Notes: generated by a model not told the origin, from the letters alone. A stretch of 62,469 bases of DNA, filler included, from Sphacelaria rigidula (GCA_964200075.2; 10 parts of 10 records of this genome joined end to end with filler, not necessarily neighbours in it); one strand, 5' to 3'. Counted from the whole stretch's first letter, positions 1 to 11,946 are shown. Numbers and translations are program-made.

Positions 1-2721
1 AAAGCGTTAGAGTTTGATTTATTTCATCTGCATCGACAAAATCGAAACGGTTCGGAAAAGGTGAAGGAGGACGTCTTCCCTGTCCCCTAGGATGTTACTT
101 TTGATCATCATACGTAGAGGCCGCCGATGGACGGAGGCTAGTTGACCCGGAAAAATCAAATGTGCACCCCGGTGCACCATCGACCTTCATGTGCACCCTG
201 GGATATTGGCGAAAACACGTGCGGCTAGTCAGCGCCGCATGACCACGACCCTGACCGTGGGGCAACTTGGGTCAAACTATTTCAATCCGAGCCAGCACAA
301 CCAACGCAGAGTACAGAAGTAGTACAACAGTAAACATGATGTCGCATAACTCGCGAAGCTCGTGTAATTCTCAACACCACAAACATAAAGAAAAAACCAC
401 GTCTATGCTGACATCATCTTGTTCGCTTGGATCGATTTCCTTTCTTGCTGGATACCGCGCTTGGATTCGATTTCCTAGTTCGCTGATCACCGGTTTGATC
501 CAACCTGACTATTTCGAGATACTGTAACTATTGATAACTGTCACGAATCGGTGGTGAAGGCCTAAACGAAAAGGGGTGCCAGCCTGTGGGCACCTGAGCA
601 CCATCAAGCTCATGTACATTTGGGTACCATCGGTTCGTACCGAGTTCGAGGAACCCACATCATGCTCAGCAGCGAAGAGGCTGCGGGTTGTCACGCAGGT
701 GCTCAAGCGCATCGGCTGCATGCGATTCAGGCTTACTTTAGAAGAGGACCAGAGACACCTCTGGTAATGGAGTCCTGGAGATGGCGTAGATGTTTCTTGT
801 ATTATCGGCGAACAGGCTAATTGCTGCTGTGCTAGTTGAGATCAGTCCTAAAAGCTCTGTGAACACATCAGGGTAGACAGACGGATACCAAGCATGATGA
901 AGTATGACACACAGATACTAGTCGACCGGAAAATGACCGATAAATCTGTAATAAACTATTTAAATATAGTACCCCAAATTCGGAATGGCCACAGCCAAAG
1001 TTAGGATTTTTCTTGTATATACTCTTCGATAGAACTTGGATTTGCTAGCGTCGATAGATTTTTGTAAAATAAACAGATGGTTTCCCTCCCCCCTGGTGCA
1101 CAAGTTAGTGCTAGTCGATGTTATCGGGCGATACGAGTAAATACCCTGTTCATCAGGTGGGTGTTATTGACCATGCAACACAGTTATTCGGCTCTAGTGC
1201 GATAAGTATAATTTATCCCCAAGCCTTCTCATTTATTCACAAATACGATCGGGACACAACACGGGATTTCACAAATGGGGGATGGATCTTGGGGGGGACG
1301 GACAAGGTTAAAAGTTGGACCGGAAAGTGCAAAAACGATCAATTGGAAATATATTTTTTTCCCTCGTCGGGTTGTCGCCCGAGGTTTGGGAGGTGGTCAA
1401 TGAAAAGTGTCCGTGGGAGGACAACATTTGTATTTCTGCGATCTGACCGGATCGCACGAATGTAAAACGTCTGTTGCATCCATGTAACACATGTTTTCAA
1501 CGGGAAACGTAGATTGAAAGCAACCTTGTAAAAAAGGTTTTCCTTTTTTCTCTCCACTTCCCCGTTTAACTACAGACCCTTTTCCACTCCAGAGAAACTT
1601 CGAAACTCCTCAAGGACAAGACGGCACATCAACACATAGCATTCGCCGGCAACGCAATCATTACGAACACATCGACTCCTAATCGAAGCACTCTTGCCCC
1701 ACTACTACTACTTCTACTGCTACCACCATAATACTATACACAACCATCACGGTCACGTCCGGCCTCTCCACGTACGGTCGATCGGGGATCTTCTACCCAT
1801 CATGGTTCTTCTTTTTTGAAAAATACCATTCAGAAAGCTACAGGGACCAAATACCTCTCTACTGGAATAGCACATACAAGCACTTTCTTGATCGTCGTTT
1901 AATCAAGTTCAAACATCTACAAAAAGATATGGACGGCGAATCGCCGGACATTCCATAAGTGACAGAAACAAACACCTTCGCAGAGGTTGAGATCTACTCA
2001 AAAACTCTTCACAGACCACAGCAGTGCTGCGGGAGCGGAATCGAAAGACATGGGCGGCCTGAGTTGCAGGGTTCACACGGTCACCTTTGTGCATGAATAC
2101 AAAACGATCTCGGAATGAACAAACTCAACCTATATAGCTGATCTGCCTCCTTTCCCGTGCCGTTACCGTGGTACGGTTCTCTCATGGCCCGCTAGATATG
2201 TTCAAATGCTGCACTCTCGATACCTCCATCAAAGGTGCCCAACCCAGCCCGGCCCAGGCAGACAAGGCGGCACGTCCTTTCGTCTTCTTTCGCATGCTTC
2301 CGTCAATTTTTTTCAACAAACTACAGCAAAGACGGATTTTGATATTTACTGTCCATTCGCTCCGCAATTCCCGTGACGGCTGTTCCGTCTTGAGCTCTGT
2401 ATCGGAACGCGTTGTTCACATAAATCAGTTGATCACGTTTCTCCCGACTTCCCTTTACGCGGCGAGGTACCATCTATACAAAACTCAACCGGACCGGGCC
2501 GGACCCGAGTCAACCCTAATCAAGCTGCACCGGGCCAGACCAGACCGGACCCCACCGTCCGCCAACCTCCTGTCGCGTAACGTCGGGGGAACCCTACCGG
2601 GGGTCCGTCTCGATCGAGACGACAGCAAACCCGTTGCGTCCGTCCACCGCAGAACCTTCGTCCTCAGCCATCATTACAACAGGGCAAAAATTCATGTACA
2701 AATACAAGGCCCGGATCGATC

Positions 2722-3388
2722 TCAAGCCATCCTGTCATTGGCCACCCTACTACCACCCCCGGCGCCGCCTCCGCCCCCACCCACGACTACAGGACGGGGC
2801 GCAATCAACATGCCAGTAGGAGGTGGTGCAAAAGCACCAAGGCTTCCTTGTGGCTGTGGCGGGTAAGGTTTTACCGACTCAGCTGTCTGCTGCTCTGTCC
2901 CTGCGGGCCGATCTGCCGCTCCCCGCCACTCTCTGTTAGCCAACATAGCGGGGGCGTCTACGCTATTGGAAATGGGGGGCGTGGGAAACGTAGTTGCCGC
3001 CAGGAAATGTGGCATCAGTCGTGGCGGTGGTGGCAGCGGCAGCAACGACAGCAGCGACGGCCTCTGTACCCTTGCCGCGATCCTGTTTTGCGCGAGCGTA
3101 CTGGCAGGCGCTGGTGTAGAGGATAGCCCCTTCGACGTTGTCATCGTTGGTTCCGCTCTCGCTTCTTCGACTTGCGTGCTGCTGCCTGATGGGGTTGCCG
3201 TGGTCGCTCCGCCATTATGCCGAGTACGCGGTAATCCCGTTGCTATGGAATCGGTGACAGAGATGGTGTCGTCAGCGTCTGTTCGTTCCGGCTGGGGGGT
3301 GTTTCCCTTGGTGTCGTGCCGCGCTAACGACACGGAACGTGATGCTGGTGACGGTGAAGAGGAGGTCAGGGAGAAGGAAGGAGACGAT

Positions 3389-3423
<35 letters not shown>

Positions 3424-3849
3424 TGGCAACGATGTTGAAGACGATGGCGACGATGACGATGGCGATAATAATGGCGGTGGTGACAACGACGGCACCGATG
3501 TTGTCGCCGTCGTCTTCGCGTCATTCACCCCCGACAAAGCGACTAAAGAACCGTCACTGTGCTGTTCGTTCGCCTTTTCACCTGCGCCGGCGCCGCCATG
3601 AGACGTGTGGTCACCATCGAGGCGGCCGCCGCAGTTCCCGCCGTGGAGCCGTTGGCTTAGGGTCTGTGGTGCTTTTATTGTGGCGGCGCCCGCAGTCTCC
3701 CCAACCCTACCGGGGTGAGAGCTACCATTTGCCTTGATGCGGATGTGCCCGCATTTCTCGTCCCATAGCTTGAGGAAGTAGGTGTATGATGGCCCTTGGA
3801 GATCACCGGCTGGTGAGGAGACGGCAGTCCTCGTGCTCGTGATGAACAA
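2722..3849 (-). CDS. Low-complexity Ser/Pro/Thr/Ala-rich ORF, possibly the terminal exon of a host gene; its N-terminal ~45 aa resemble a DNA-transposase fragment
   Basis: 375-aa open frame containing a (TCA/TCG)n Ser run; possible acceptor ccggtag near 3708. GPSYTYFLKLWDEKCGHIRIK resembles the S-Y-x-x-F-x-x-x-W-x(5)-I-x-I motif I recall from DUF7869-type transposon proteins. Confidence 0.3.
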
Positions 3850-4218
3850 TGCGTAGACGTACTGTTGTTTGGCATGGGATGGGGATCGCGACCATGTAAG
3901 AGTTTATACACTCGTGACATGTTTGGTGCATGTAGGGTGAACTATGGCAACAAGTGTGGAGGTAAGTAGTTGTCCCAAAAACATGCAATCTCGGAGTACT
4001 TTCCCCCTTACAGGATGAGGGTTAGGGCCAGAGCAGTGCGGCCAACCAGGGTTCAAATAACAGTCTCGTGAGGAAGGAACTGTCGAAGTCATCGTGGTGT
4101 TTCTGCGGGGAAACATTACACCCCCCCATTCACACCTCTTCCCACGTGCACGAACGAAGTTGCGGTATACTCAAGCAAATAAAAAACAAAAATAATATTT
4201 TCATTTGAGTGAAAAGAC

Positions 4219-4221
4219 ACC

Positions 4222-4267
<46 letters not shown>

Positions 4268-4268
4268 G
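4219..4268 (+). repeat. (CAC)n(AAC)n compound microsatellite
   Basis: Direct reading. Confidence 0.9.
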
Positions 4269-4703
4269 CGACACACTGCTTGCAGGTTAGCTGACAATCC
4301 TCTCTACTTTGCATTATACATTCATGTACGTTACGCTGCTCCTGCTAATCAGTACATGTGGTGATAAATCCAGCATGTCACTCGCGGGAACTGACCGCAC
4401 AGTCCTACCTCTCGTGACGGAAACGTCATGTAGATCTCGCGAGCTCCAGCGTCGATCTCCCAGTGAGCTGCAAGCCCCGCTATCCAGTCCACGATATCTG
4501 CATCGGACCACCCCCGGACGACGCCCGGCTCTCTGTGTACCGCATAGTGAAACAAGCACAGAAAGAGGCACACAAGCACACACACACATAATCCCGAAAA
4601 AATGCGCGCGAGCGTCTGCTTTTGTTCCGTGTGGACCAAGTGCGGGAGTAAAAAAATAAAGAAGACCAAGGAAAAAACGGAAGTGTGTTTCGTACAAAGG
4701 GGG

Positions 4704-4744
4704 TGCACTCATGATCATGCATGCCATAGTCATCAGACCATTGA
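4704..4744 (-). mobile_element. Poly(C)-ended retroelement family, copy 1 (41 bp, heavily 5'-truncated) with 16-bp TSD
   Basis: tgcactcatgatcatgcatgccatagtcatcagaccattga flanked by the direct repeat tttcgtacaaaggggg at 4688-4703 and 4745-4760. Confidence 0.8.
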
Positions 4745-5214
4745 TTTCGTACAAAGGGGGGGGGGGGCACAGAAGAAGACAAATGCAATACAACAAGCCG
4801 TGACCACCCACGCAAACGCGCATTGTTATGTGTGTACCACCCACGACTGGCAACGTACCCCAGCAACAAAAAGCAACACCTGGATATGTGCCGTCATTGG
4901 GCTTCTACTTCTTATGCTAGCACGGGTTCTGTGTGCATGTCACCCATCATTAATTTCAACATGAACGATTTCTTCAAAAACCGTGCTAGCTTAATAAGTA
5001 GAAGCCTAGCTGCCACACACTGTTGCTGCTGTTTTTGTTGCTCCCGTCGTGGTCGTCGTCGCTGTTTAGCGAAACTCATGGGGATAAGGTACGGCGAAAC
5101 GAGGAAAACCAATGATTTACCGGATAACGGATGCTGCAGGTAGGTACGATGACGGGTATGAAAGTAACCAGGGTTCATCACCATCTCGTGGGCGAGAGAA
5201 TTGACGAAGTTTCA

Positions 5215-5560
5215 GTTTCCTTTTTCTTCAAAGTCACACTCACAACCTTTGCCCGTGGGACAACACCCGTGGTCTCAAGGGATTAACCCATCTCTCCCCG
5301 GTACGTACCCGCCTTTCTGTATTTTGATCTCGATGATTGAATCATGGCCATCAGTACTCCCGTACAGCATCGACTCCAGCCAACCAGACTCAGCCGAACA
5401 CACTACTTTTGCCATTCACATCCTCATGCTTTCAACGGTTCGAGTCAGATACGGTGAATAAAAATACCGAACCGCATCTGACAGGAATCGAAGCCGCGTT
5501 GTCTCCACCCTAATGGTGTCAGTTGGACCATTTTAATATACACCACCGGGCCGCGGCGAC
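5215..5560 (-). mobile_element. tRNA-derived SINE, near full length
   Basis: Minus strand starts gtcgcc..ccggtggtgta (A-box-like) and has ggcttcgattcc (B-box-like). The body gggagtactga...aaaggc..gtaccggggagagatgggttaatcccttgagaccacggg matches 12515-12675. A-rich end. Confidence 0.7.
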
Positions 5561-6157
5561 TAAAGGGGATCTAGTCTGTCTTCTGTAAAGCAGCCCAAGG
5601 TCCATACACATAATTATTATTGGTCATCTTCCACAACGCCGCCGCCACCGCCGCCTCCCACGATCTTGGCAAACGTTGGAAAAAAAAACACGGTACGTTT
5701 CCTTTCGATTTGCGTTCGTCATCCTCTCACTCACCCTGTGGTCCCGTTCCACGACTTGATCGTGCTTGACGTCACGGCGTTCAACATGTGCTTCGATATG
5801 CCGGTCAGCGCCAGGAAAAACGCAGAGCACACCTGCATCCATTTTTAGGCACATGACGAGCATAGATCAGACCAAACATGGAAGACTATCCTTGCTGAAT
5901 GAAACTACTACTTGTAGTATGTGAGATTCATTTCGGGATATTTTTACGATACTCTCCCCCCCTACCTTCGAGTAACTTCGATCAACCCCCCAAACGTATT
6001 TAGTGAAAGCCCAAGACATTTGGCGGGCCGCGAAAATGGCGGGGGACTGATATCACGATAGCCCCCCCCCCCACCACCAGCCGTCGAAAGGACGAGGAAG
6101 TAGATAGACAGAACTGCCTCTGTGGCGAAGCAATAGAGAGCAGAAGTCATTTAGTGG

Positions 6158-6257
6158 NNNNNNNNNNNNNNNNNNNNNNNNNNNNNNNNNNNNNNNNNNN
6201 NTTAATTAATTAANNNNNNNNNNNNNNNNNNNNNNNNNNNNNNNNNNNNNNNNNNNN
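6158..6257. other. Artificial 100-bp contig spacer (N44-TTAATTAATTAA-N44); repeated at 12415-12514, 18672-18771, 24929-25028, 31186-31285, 37443-37542, 43700-43799, 49957-50056, 56214-56313
   Basis: Nine identical spacers at exact 6257-bp periodicity; the linker has stops in all six frames; contigs are of equal length (length-sorted concatenation). Confidence 0.98.
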
Positions 6258-6259
6258 GC

Positions 6260-6291
<32 letters not shown>

Positions 6292-6480
6292 TCATGATCT
6301 TGCATGCAATACTCATAAGACTACTGGTCTCGAATCCCCACAGAGCTGGGACGGAGCACGCCGAGCTTTCGCCGGACCAGGCTCGCAGTCACCAAGGGCA
6401 ACGCGCCGTGATGTGTTCGGCGAGTCCCATGAAGACTGACCTGAATCCTGCTAAAGTTGTTCGGCTCGCAGCGTCCTCGT
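6260..6480 (-). mobile_element. Poly(C)-ended retroelement family, copy 2
   Basis: G29 then cactcatgatcttgcatgc...gggacggagcacgccgagctttcgccggaccaggctcgc...gtgatgtgttcggcgagtcccatgaag...atcctgctaa. The far boundary is approximate. Confidence 0.8.
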
Positions 6481-7352
6481 AATCTTGCATATGGATGACA
6501 GCCTACCATGAGTTGCTTTATTTTTTGGTATCACTAGTTGCAGAGACAGGCCACGGGTTACACACTGCCTAATGGGTGTCTCACCATATAAACACCACGC
6601 AGTACGGCCATCCCCTGTGCGCTGAGCAGGGGTTTTCCACCCCGCATTGTATGATCTAGCTTTACCACCATGACGGTTACCGCAAAAAACGTGAACGAAA
6701 AAAAATAGATAACCCGGTGGCCTAGCTTACGCAGTGAGTGGCGTGTTTTACGGTATCGCTGCCAACCGACGCCAACTCTCAAGGGGGGGAGGGGGGAGGG
6801 GCATTTTGGCTCGGGCTGTGCCCTCGCGAATCGTGCCTGCAGTCCAAGGGTAGTGACCCCGCCGCCATACTACCAATACATCACTAGCAAATATGTTGCC
6901 GACGTATTTGTATATTGAAACGAAAGTCAAATTATGTAGTGTTCATGGAACTGACCAACACATGGCCCTACATACAGCTGTCAAATCGAGTCGAGCACTG
7001 TCTGTAGAGGACACAACAAGGTATCCTTTGTGCAGGTCCACCCTTCGTGCCGATACACCTTATGTTAGACGAGACAAGGCCGTTATCTGTCGGACTCCCC
7101 CTGTGCCGAAAGTAAGCAGTCAAACGCGCCCGTTCCTCGCGCAGAGCAAATGGACGCGGTGAATGGAGCATGGACTTTTCAAGGACCTGTTCTACCACCA
7201 CGACACGCAAACGCCGGTATACGAATTTCAGTGTCATCTTTTGTCGTGAGTGTGGAAAGCTCACCACTGCTTTCTCGACGGCGACACAAAATCACTGCAA
7301 AACAACAAGGTACAGTAAACAAACAAAACATGTCGTTGATGACGTCAAACAC

Positions 7353-7412
7353 CTTTTTGATGACGTCGAACAGCGTGTCGTCTTCGGTCGGGAAAAAAGG
7401 AGGGTACCCCAC
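7353..7412 (-). CDS. CAMK-group Ser/Thr protein kinase exon (subdomain IX-X: VGYPPFFPTEDDTLFDVIKK)
   Basis: cag|GTG...AAG|gt, phase 0/0; joins the 10148-10235 exon in frame to give TYILL-VGYPPF, the canonical CAMK motif. Confidence 0.85.
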
Positions 7413-9631
7413 CTGTTTGTTGCATGGGATGTATGCCACAAGGTCAAGAGCATGGCCACGTACGTCCAGACACAAGGTAACGAAATGCGCGGCGGACGCA
7501 GGCGACAACAAACGTGCTGATCGTTTAGGGCTGCGAAATACCTACACGAGTACAAGTATAGATGCACAAATATCACGTGTATTATCAGGCTTGTGAACAC
7601 ACATACTGCAGGATGAACACGCCATGAAGGTCAGGTAAAATAAGGCAAGACAGGAAAACACGAGGAAAGACGAGGAAAAACAACAAAAGGTGAGAAAACG
7701 AAAAAGGCCCGCGATCCTTTCATCCCATGCTAAGAAACAGACGTATTCGACTATGGCAGAAATAACGACAACGTCAGGGGTACTCCTAGTATAGTTATAT
7801 TATCTCAACCGAATAACAAAAAGAGATCCGGCGTTTGAACTACACACGAGCGGGAAAAGCCGCAAAGAACAGCGCGCGTTGAAATCCACGAGTCAGCTCC
7901 CTGAGCACGCGGGCGATCACTTCCACCCTATACACTTCCCGATGCCAATGAAGCTTTTACACACAGGGAAAATCCAGAATTGAACGTTTCGCTCCGTCCG
8001 AGTTACGGTTCGATAAACAATGTGCGAAAACAGTCATGCTCCACGGATCGAGAGTGGGGAGAATGTGCATCAGCTTCATGCCGCACAAAATCATAGCCGG
8101 GAAAAGTGCGCCTTTCATTCATGGCACACGCATAATGCGTAATAGGGTGTGTGCCTTTCACTCGTAGCATGTTTATGATACGTGGCAATACATGTGATCT
8201 ATTCTTCAGGTCAAATACTATGGTAAACATCGAGGGTGAGGAAAACGCACGGTTGATAAGGAGTGTGCTATCAAGGGCGAGGAAAATGTGCGCGAACGAA
8301 TCGTTTCGTATGACCGACCGCTTGGATGGTGAATGCGGGTCCCTGTGCAGACCAACCGATCGAGCCGTCCCGACCACCATCAATTCTACATGAGTGGCCG
8401 CACAGAGCCGGAGGACAAAAATAGCACCCTGTCCAGACCTCCCTCCCTTCCCCCCCTCCCCAACACGGGAAACGGTGCATTTTCTTGTTGAACGAGTAAA
8501 AGCTCGAGCAAGGCAATAAGTCTACCCTTGAATTGAGATTAAACTGTCCACTGGCCACACTTCCGGCCGTGATCTAATGCAGATGACCCTGCCCCCCGTC
8601 TCTCCATCCCCTCGTCCCATCTAATGGTCTTGCCTCCCACAGCAACAGGTACCTACAGTGGACTAACGCTACGCAACTAATGTACGGCCACACAGGGCCA
8701 CACAAATGTGACGGCGAACAGCCCCCGCCCTCTTCATCTATCCCTTTGACCTACCCAAATGGTGTGCGTCGAAGGAACAACAAACTCTGTGTCGTCATCA
8801 CTTCGCCACCTTCACTCTAACTCGCTACTCTTTGCGCCACGCCGGCGCATAATCCCCATCCCTCTCTTTCCTCCCCCCGACAATAATGGGGGCGCATGTC
8901 GGAGCTTCGATCTATGACTGCGGTGGTGACGGGGATGAGTACCTGCTGTACCGTACGGTACTGCTGGGTTATGCGTGTCATCATCTACTCTCTGGTAGAC
9001 ATTTTGGTGTACACTTTCTGAATCCTCCATTGTTCGTTTTGGGGGGACAACTGAGTATCCCAGATTAGAAGTGGATGCTTTTTTTTGGCGCCATAAGGAG
9101 TTGTTGGAATACGGCACATTTCTCTTTTTTTATTCAGACAACGGTAAAATTCAAGTAATGGAAATCATCACTCATTTCGCCAAAAACGTTACTACACAAG
9201 ACAGCCCCGAATTACACCGCATGCACTACCCACAAACTACACCTACATGATGTTTGTCACACTACCTGCGATGTGTCACTCACTTACACTGCCAGCTCAA
9301 TGCGGAGCCGCCAGCTGAGTCCGGGGCGAGGTTCATCGTTCAGCCCCCCAATCTGTCACCTCTAACCAAAACACTAACATACTGGGTGGAGGCCAAGTAT
9401 AAGAGTGTGTCGTCACAGTCTTACGATAGAGACCTGGTCTCGCTCCCCCTTCGCTAGGAAATCGCGAGACGGTAGACCCGACGCTTCTATGAAGGGTCAT
9501 GTGGAAAAAACACCAACATATTTGCACTGCCCTACATCAAAAAATATGCAAGAAAGTTGAAAACCATGCAACCAACGACAAATCAAACACTGAGCAAATA
9601 AATAAGTATGCTTTCCCCAGAAACGAAAATA

Positions 9632-9905
9632 AGCCACTACTTCAGGTCTTTTTCTTAGCTCTACTCCGTCCCTTTTCCTTCCCCTTCTTGCTTAGTCTTG
9701 TCTTGGCTATTTGTTCGTCTCGGTCTTCGCTTCTCGGTATTTGTCTCCTTTTTGCTCCATCTTTACTGCACTTTTTTCCTCACTCGTTTTCCCCCCACCT
9801 TCCTCCTTCTTCAGCGAGCGTTTCCGCTTTGTTTGCCCTGGGTGCATCTATCTCGTGACGACGGCTAGGCGCCTAGAGAATCAGTGAATGTGCGAAAATC
9901 AATAT
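9632..9905 (+). mobile_element. 3' end of (CAAT)n-tailed LINE-like element
   Basis: Pyrimidine-rich UTR, then tcagcgagcgtttcc...cggct...cagtgaatgtgcgaaaatcaat, shared with copies at 17975, 19290, 43970 and 44860. Confidence 0.6.
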
Positions 9906-10147
9906 ATCCGTGAATAAATCAATGTACACCGAACAGCCAACCTACGACCAATAAGTGCGGAGCTCGAATCCTCCTCCACCCATTCATTCCAAGGCATGTG
10001 TTCCACAGCACGAATATACGGGATACGGCCAACAGGAGCCCCCAAAAGCGCACACATACGCCATACGACCCACATACGACATGCACGGTATGCAGACAAA
10101 ACTCTCGACTCGCGACAAAAGTAGGACACAAAAGCACTCGCACTGAC

Positions 10148-10235
10148 CAGCAAAATGTAGGTGATCACTCCGCACGCCCAGACGTCGCATGGCGGCCCGT
10201 ATTCACGGTATTGGAGCACCTCAGGCGCGACATAG
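10148..10235 (-). CDS. CAMK-group Ser/Thr protein kinase exon (subdomain [35 protein letters not shown])
   Basis: APE and DVWxxG motifs; acceptor tcaacag|C TAT (phase 2), donor CTG|gtcagt. Confidence 0.92.
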
Positions 10236-11839
10236 CTGTTGAGATGACGGTATAAAAACGACAGAAAAAAAAAGGAATACAGACGACAGATTGAGGTAGT
10301 CTGTTGTTGCGGTGGAAAGTATATTGTGCTAGAGATCAATATCCTCTCAAATCAGGTGTAGGATAAAATAGAGCAGAAAAAACACTGGACCCATGTTTTA
10401 TATGATGTTTTAGAATATGGTCTAATACATGGCCAGAGGCAACTCTGACGCCGGAACAGGTGTTTCCATTTGCTGTTTTGCAAACGTATTCGAGGAGGAA
10501 AACATGTACATCTACATAAGGAAATGACATCAATGTGTATACGTGCTATGTTGGGGCTTTGGACCCTGCAGCTCACATGCGACCAGCATGGGAGCTTTCG
10601 GGCTGGCCGTTACGAGACAATGGACCATTTCAGCAACAACCAACAAGGCAACCAAATGAGAACGCGCAAGAGCATGACACTTCATACCCAATACATTCAT
10701 CCACCACAAGGGATTGCAGTACATTGCAGTATATAGTCTTATCTGCCCATTCGTGTGCTGACCCCCAACTGTCGGACATGGCGACGATTTTTAAGGCGGC
10801 AGCGTGGTGTACTGGGGTAAGTAACCTGAGTTGATACTGCCGTGAGTCAAGAAGCCATGTATCTCTGGAACATGTGGAGCACGGGCCGGCCGACTCTGTG
10901 TTGCCGAGACCCCACGTACGGTACTTTACAGTTTTGCTTACGAATTGTACACGCTGATGATGGTAGATGGATGCCCTTCATGTCGCCCCCAACTGCGACA
11001 CCCCGTCGGGCTGGCTGGTCGGAATACGCGGGAATAGGACCCATCGCTGCGCTCTTTAGGTCGTGGCGCGCTGGTGATTCTCCGGATCTTTCTCGTTACC
11101 GCTTGCTGGTGATTCTCGAAGGGATGTCTTGTGGGGCGATATATCCATAAAACGGAGTTGGGAGAGGCTGGAGAATTTGATACCTAATTCCGCACTTGAA
11201 TGAAGTCACGCTGTCGTTGCGGTTGATCTCCATATTGGCATTGACCCATTTTTGACGCTCAAGACCGCGAGTGCCCATGCCTGTGTGAAAACATCGGGCT
11301 TCGCCGAGGCGTATCAGCTGCCTCAGCGTGTTCTTTCCAAAACAACTACTAGAGTGTGATCGCTGGCTGCCTGGTCGGTTTACGGTGTGCCGATGCAATT
11401 GGCTTCGCACTAGCCGGGAAACACACACAACAATATGCGGTGCGTCGACATCCGAACATGAAGCCTTGAGGTCTCCACAGACTAGCCCTTGACCATCAAT
11501 GCTTGCTCTTCCGCGATTTGGTTCACGTGTCAGCCCCCCGTGGTCTTGGACGATAGTTGTGTCCATGGACACCAACAAGCCGTTTCAGTAACTAGGCATG
11601 GAGCATCTTGTCTGCTACCGTTGATGGGGGGGAGAGTGTGCGTCTCTTTGGGACATGCATCATTCCGCTGAGCTTGTACGGCATATTCACGCATCAATTG
11701 ATTGGTTCGTCATTCGATCGATGCATCCATTGTTGCGCAGCAACTCATACGCTACAGACACCAGGGCTATAACATGGCCGTGTCCACGGTAAACAACCGG
11801 GAATACTCGCCGAAGGTAACCCGTAAGAAGAGGGCAAAC

Positions 11840-11946
11840 GGGGGGGGGGGTATACCCATGATCATGCATGCCATAGTCGTAAGACCATTAACCTCGCATC
11901 CCTACAAAGCCGGGACGGAGCACGCCGGGTTTTCGCCGGACCAGGC
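11840..11946 (-). mobile_element. Poly(C)-ended retroelement family, copy 3 (5'-truncated), upstream of the kinase APE exon
   Basis: G11 then tatacccatgatcatgcatgccatagtc...gccggaccaggc, followed by G-rich flank. Confidence 0.8.

Noticed and set aside
2966..3601. Asp-rich plus-strand ORF
   Set aside because: Antisense shadow of a GAT/GAC microsatellite and of the longer minus-strand ORF.
4725..4742. Hammerhead core CTGATGA on the minus strand of repeat copy 1
   Set aside because: Not conserved in the other five copies, and no matching stems or GAAA in place.
6202..6213. Regularly spaced TTAATTAATTAA as a biological repeat
   Set aside because: It is embedded in N runs at exact periodicity; an artificial linker.
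10400..11580. Decayed ORF fragments upstream of the kinase APE exon
   Set aside because: Probably an old TE, but no motif I can assign.
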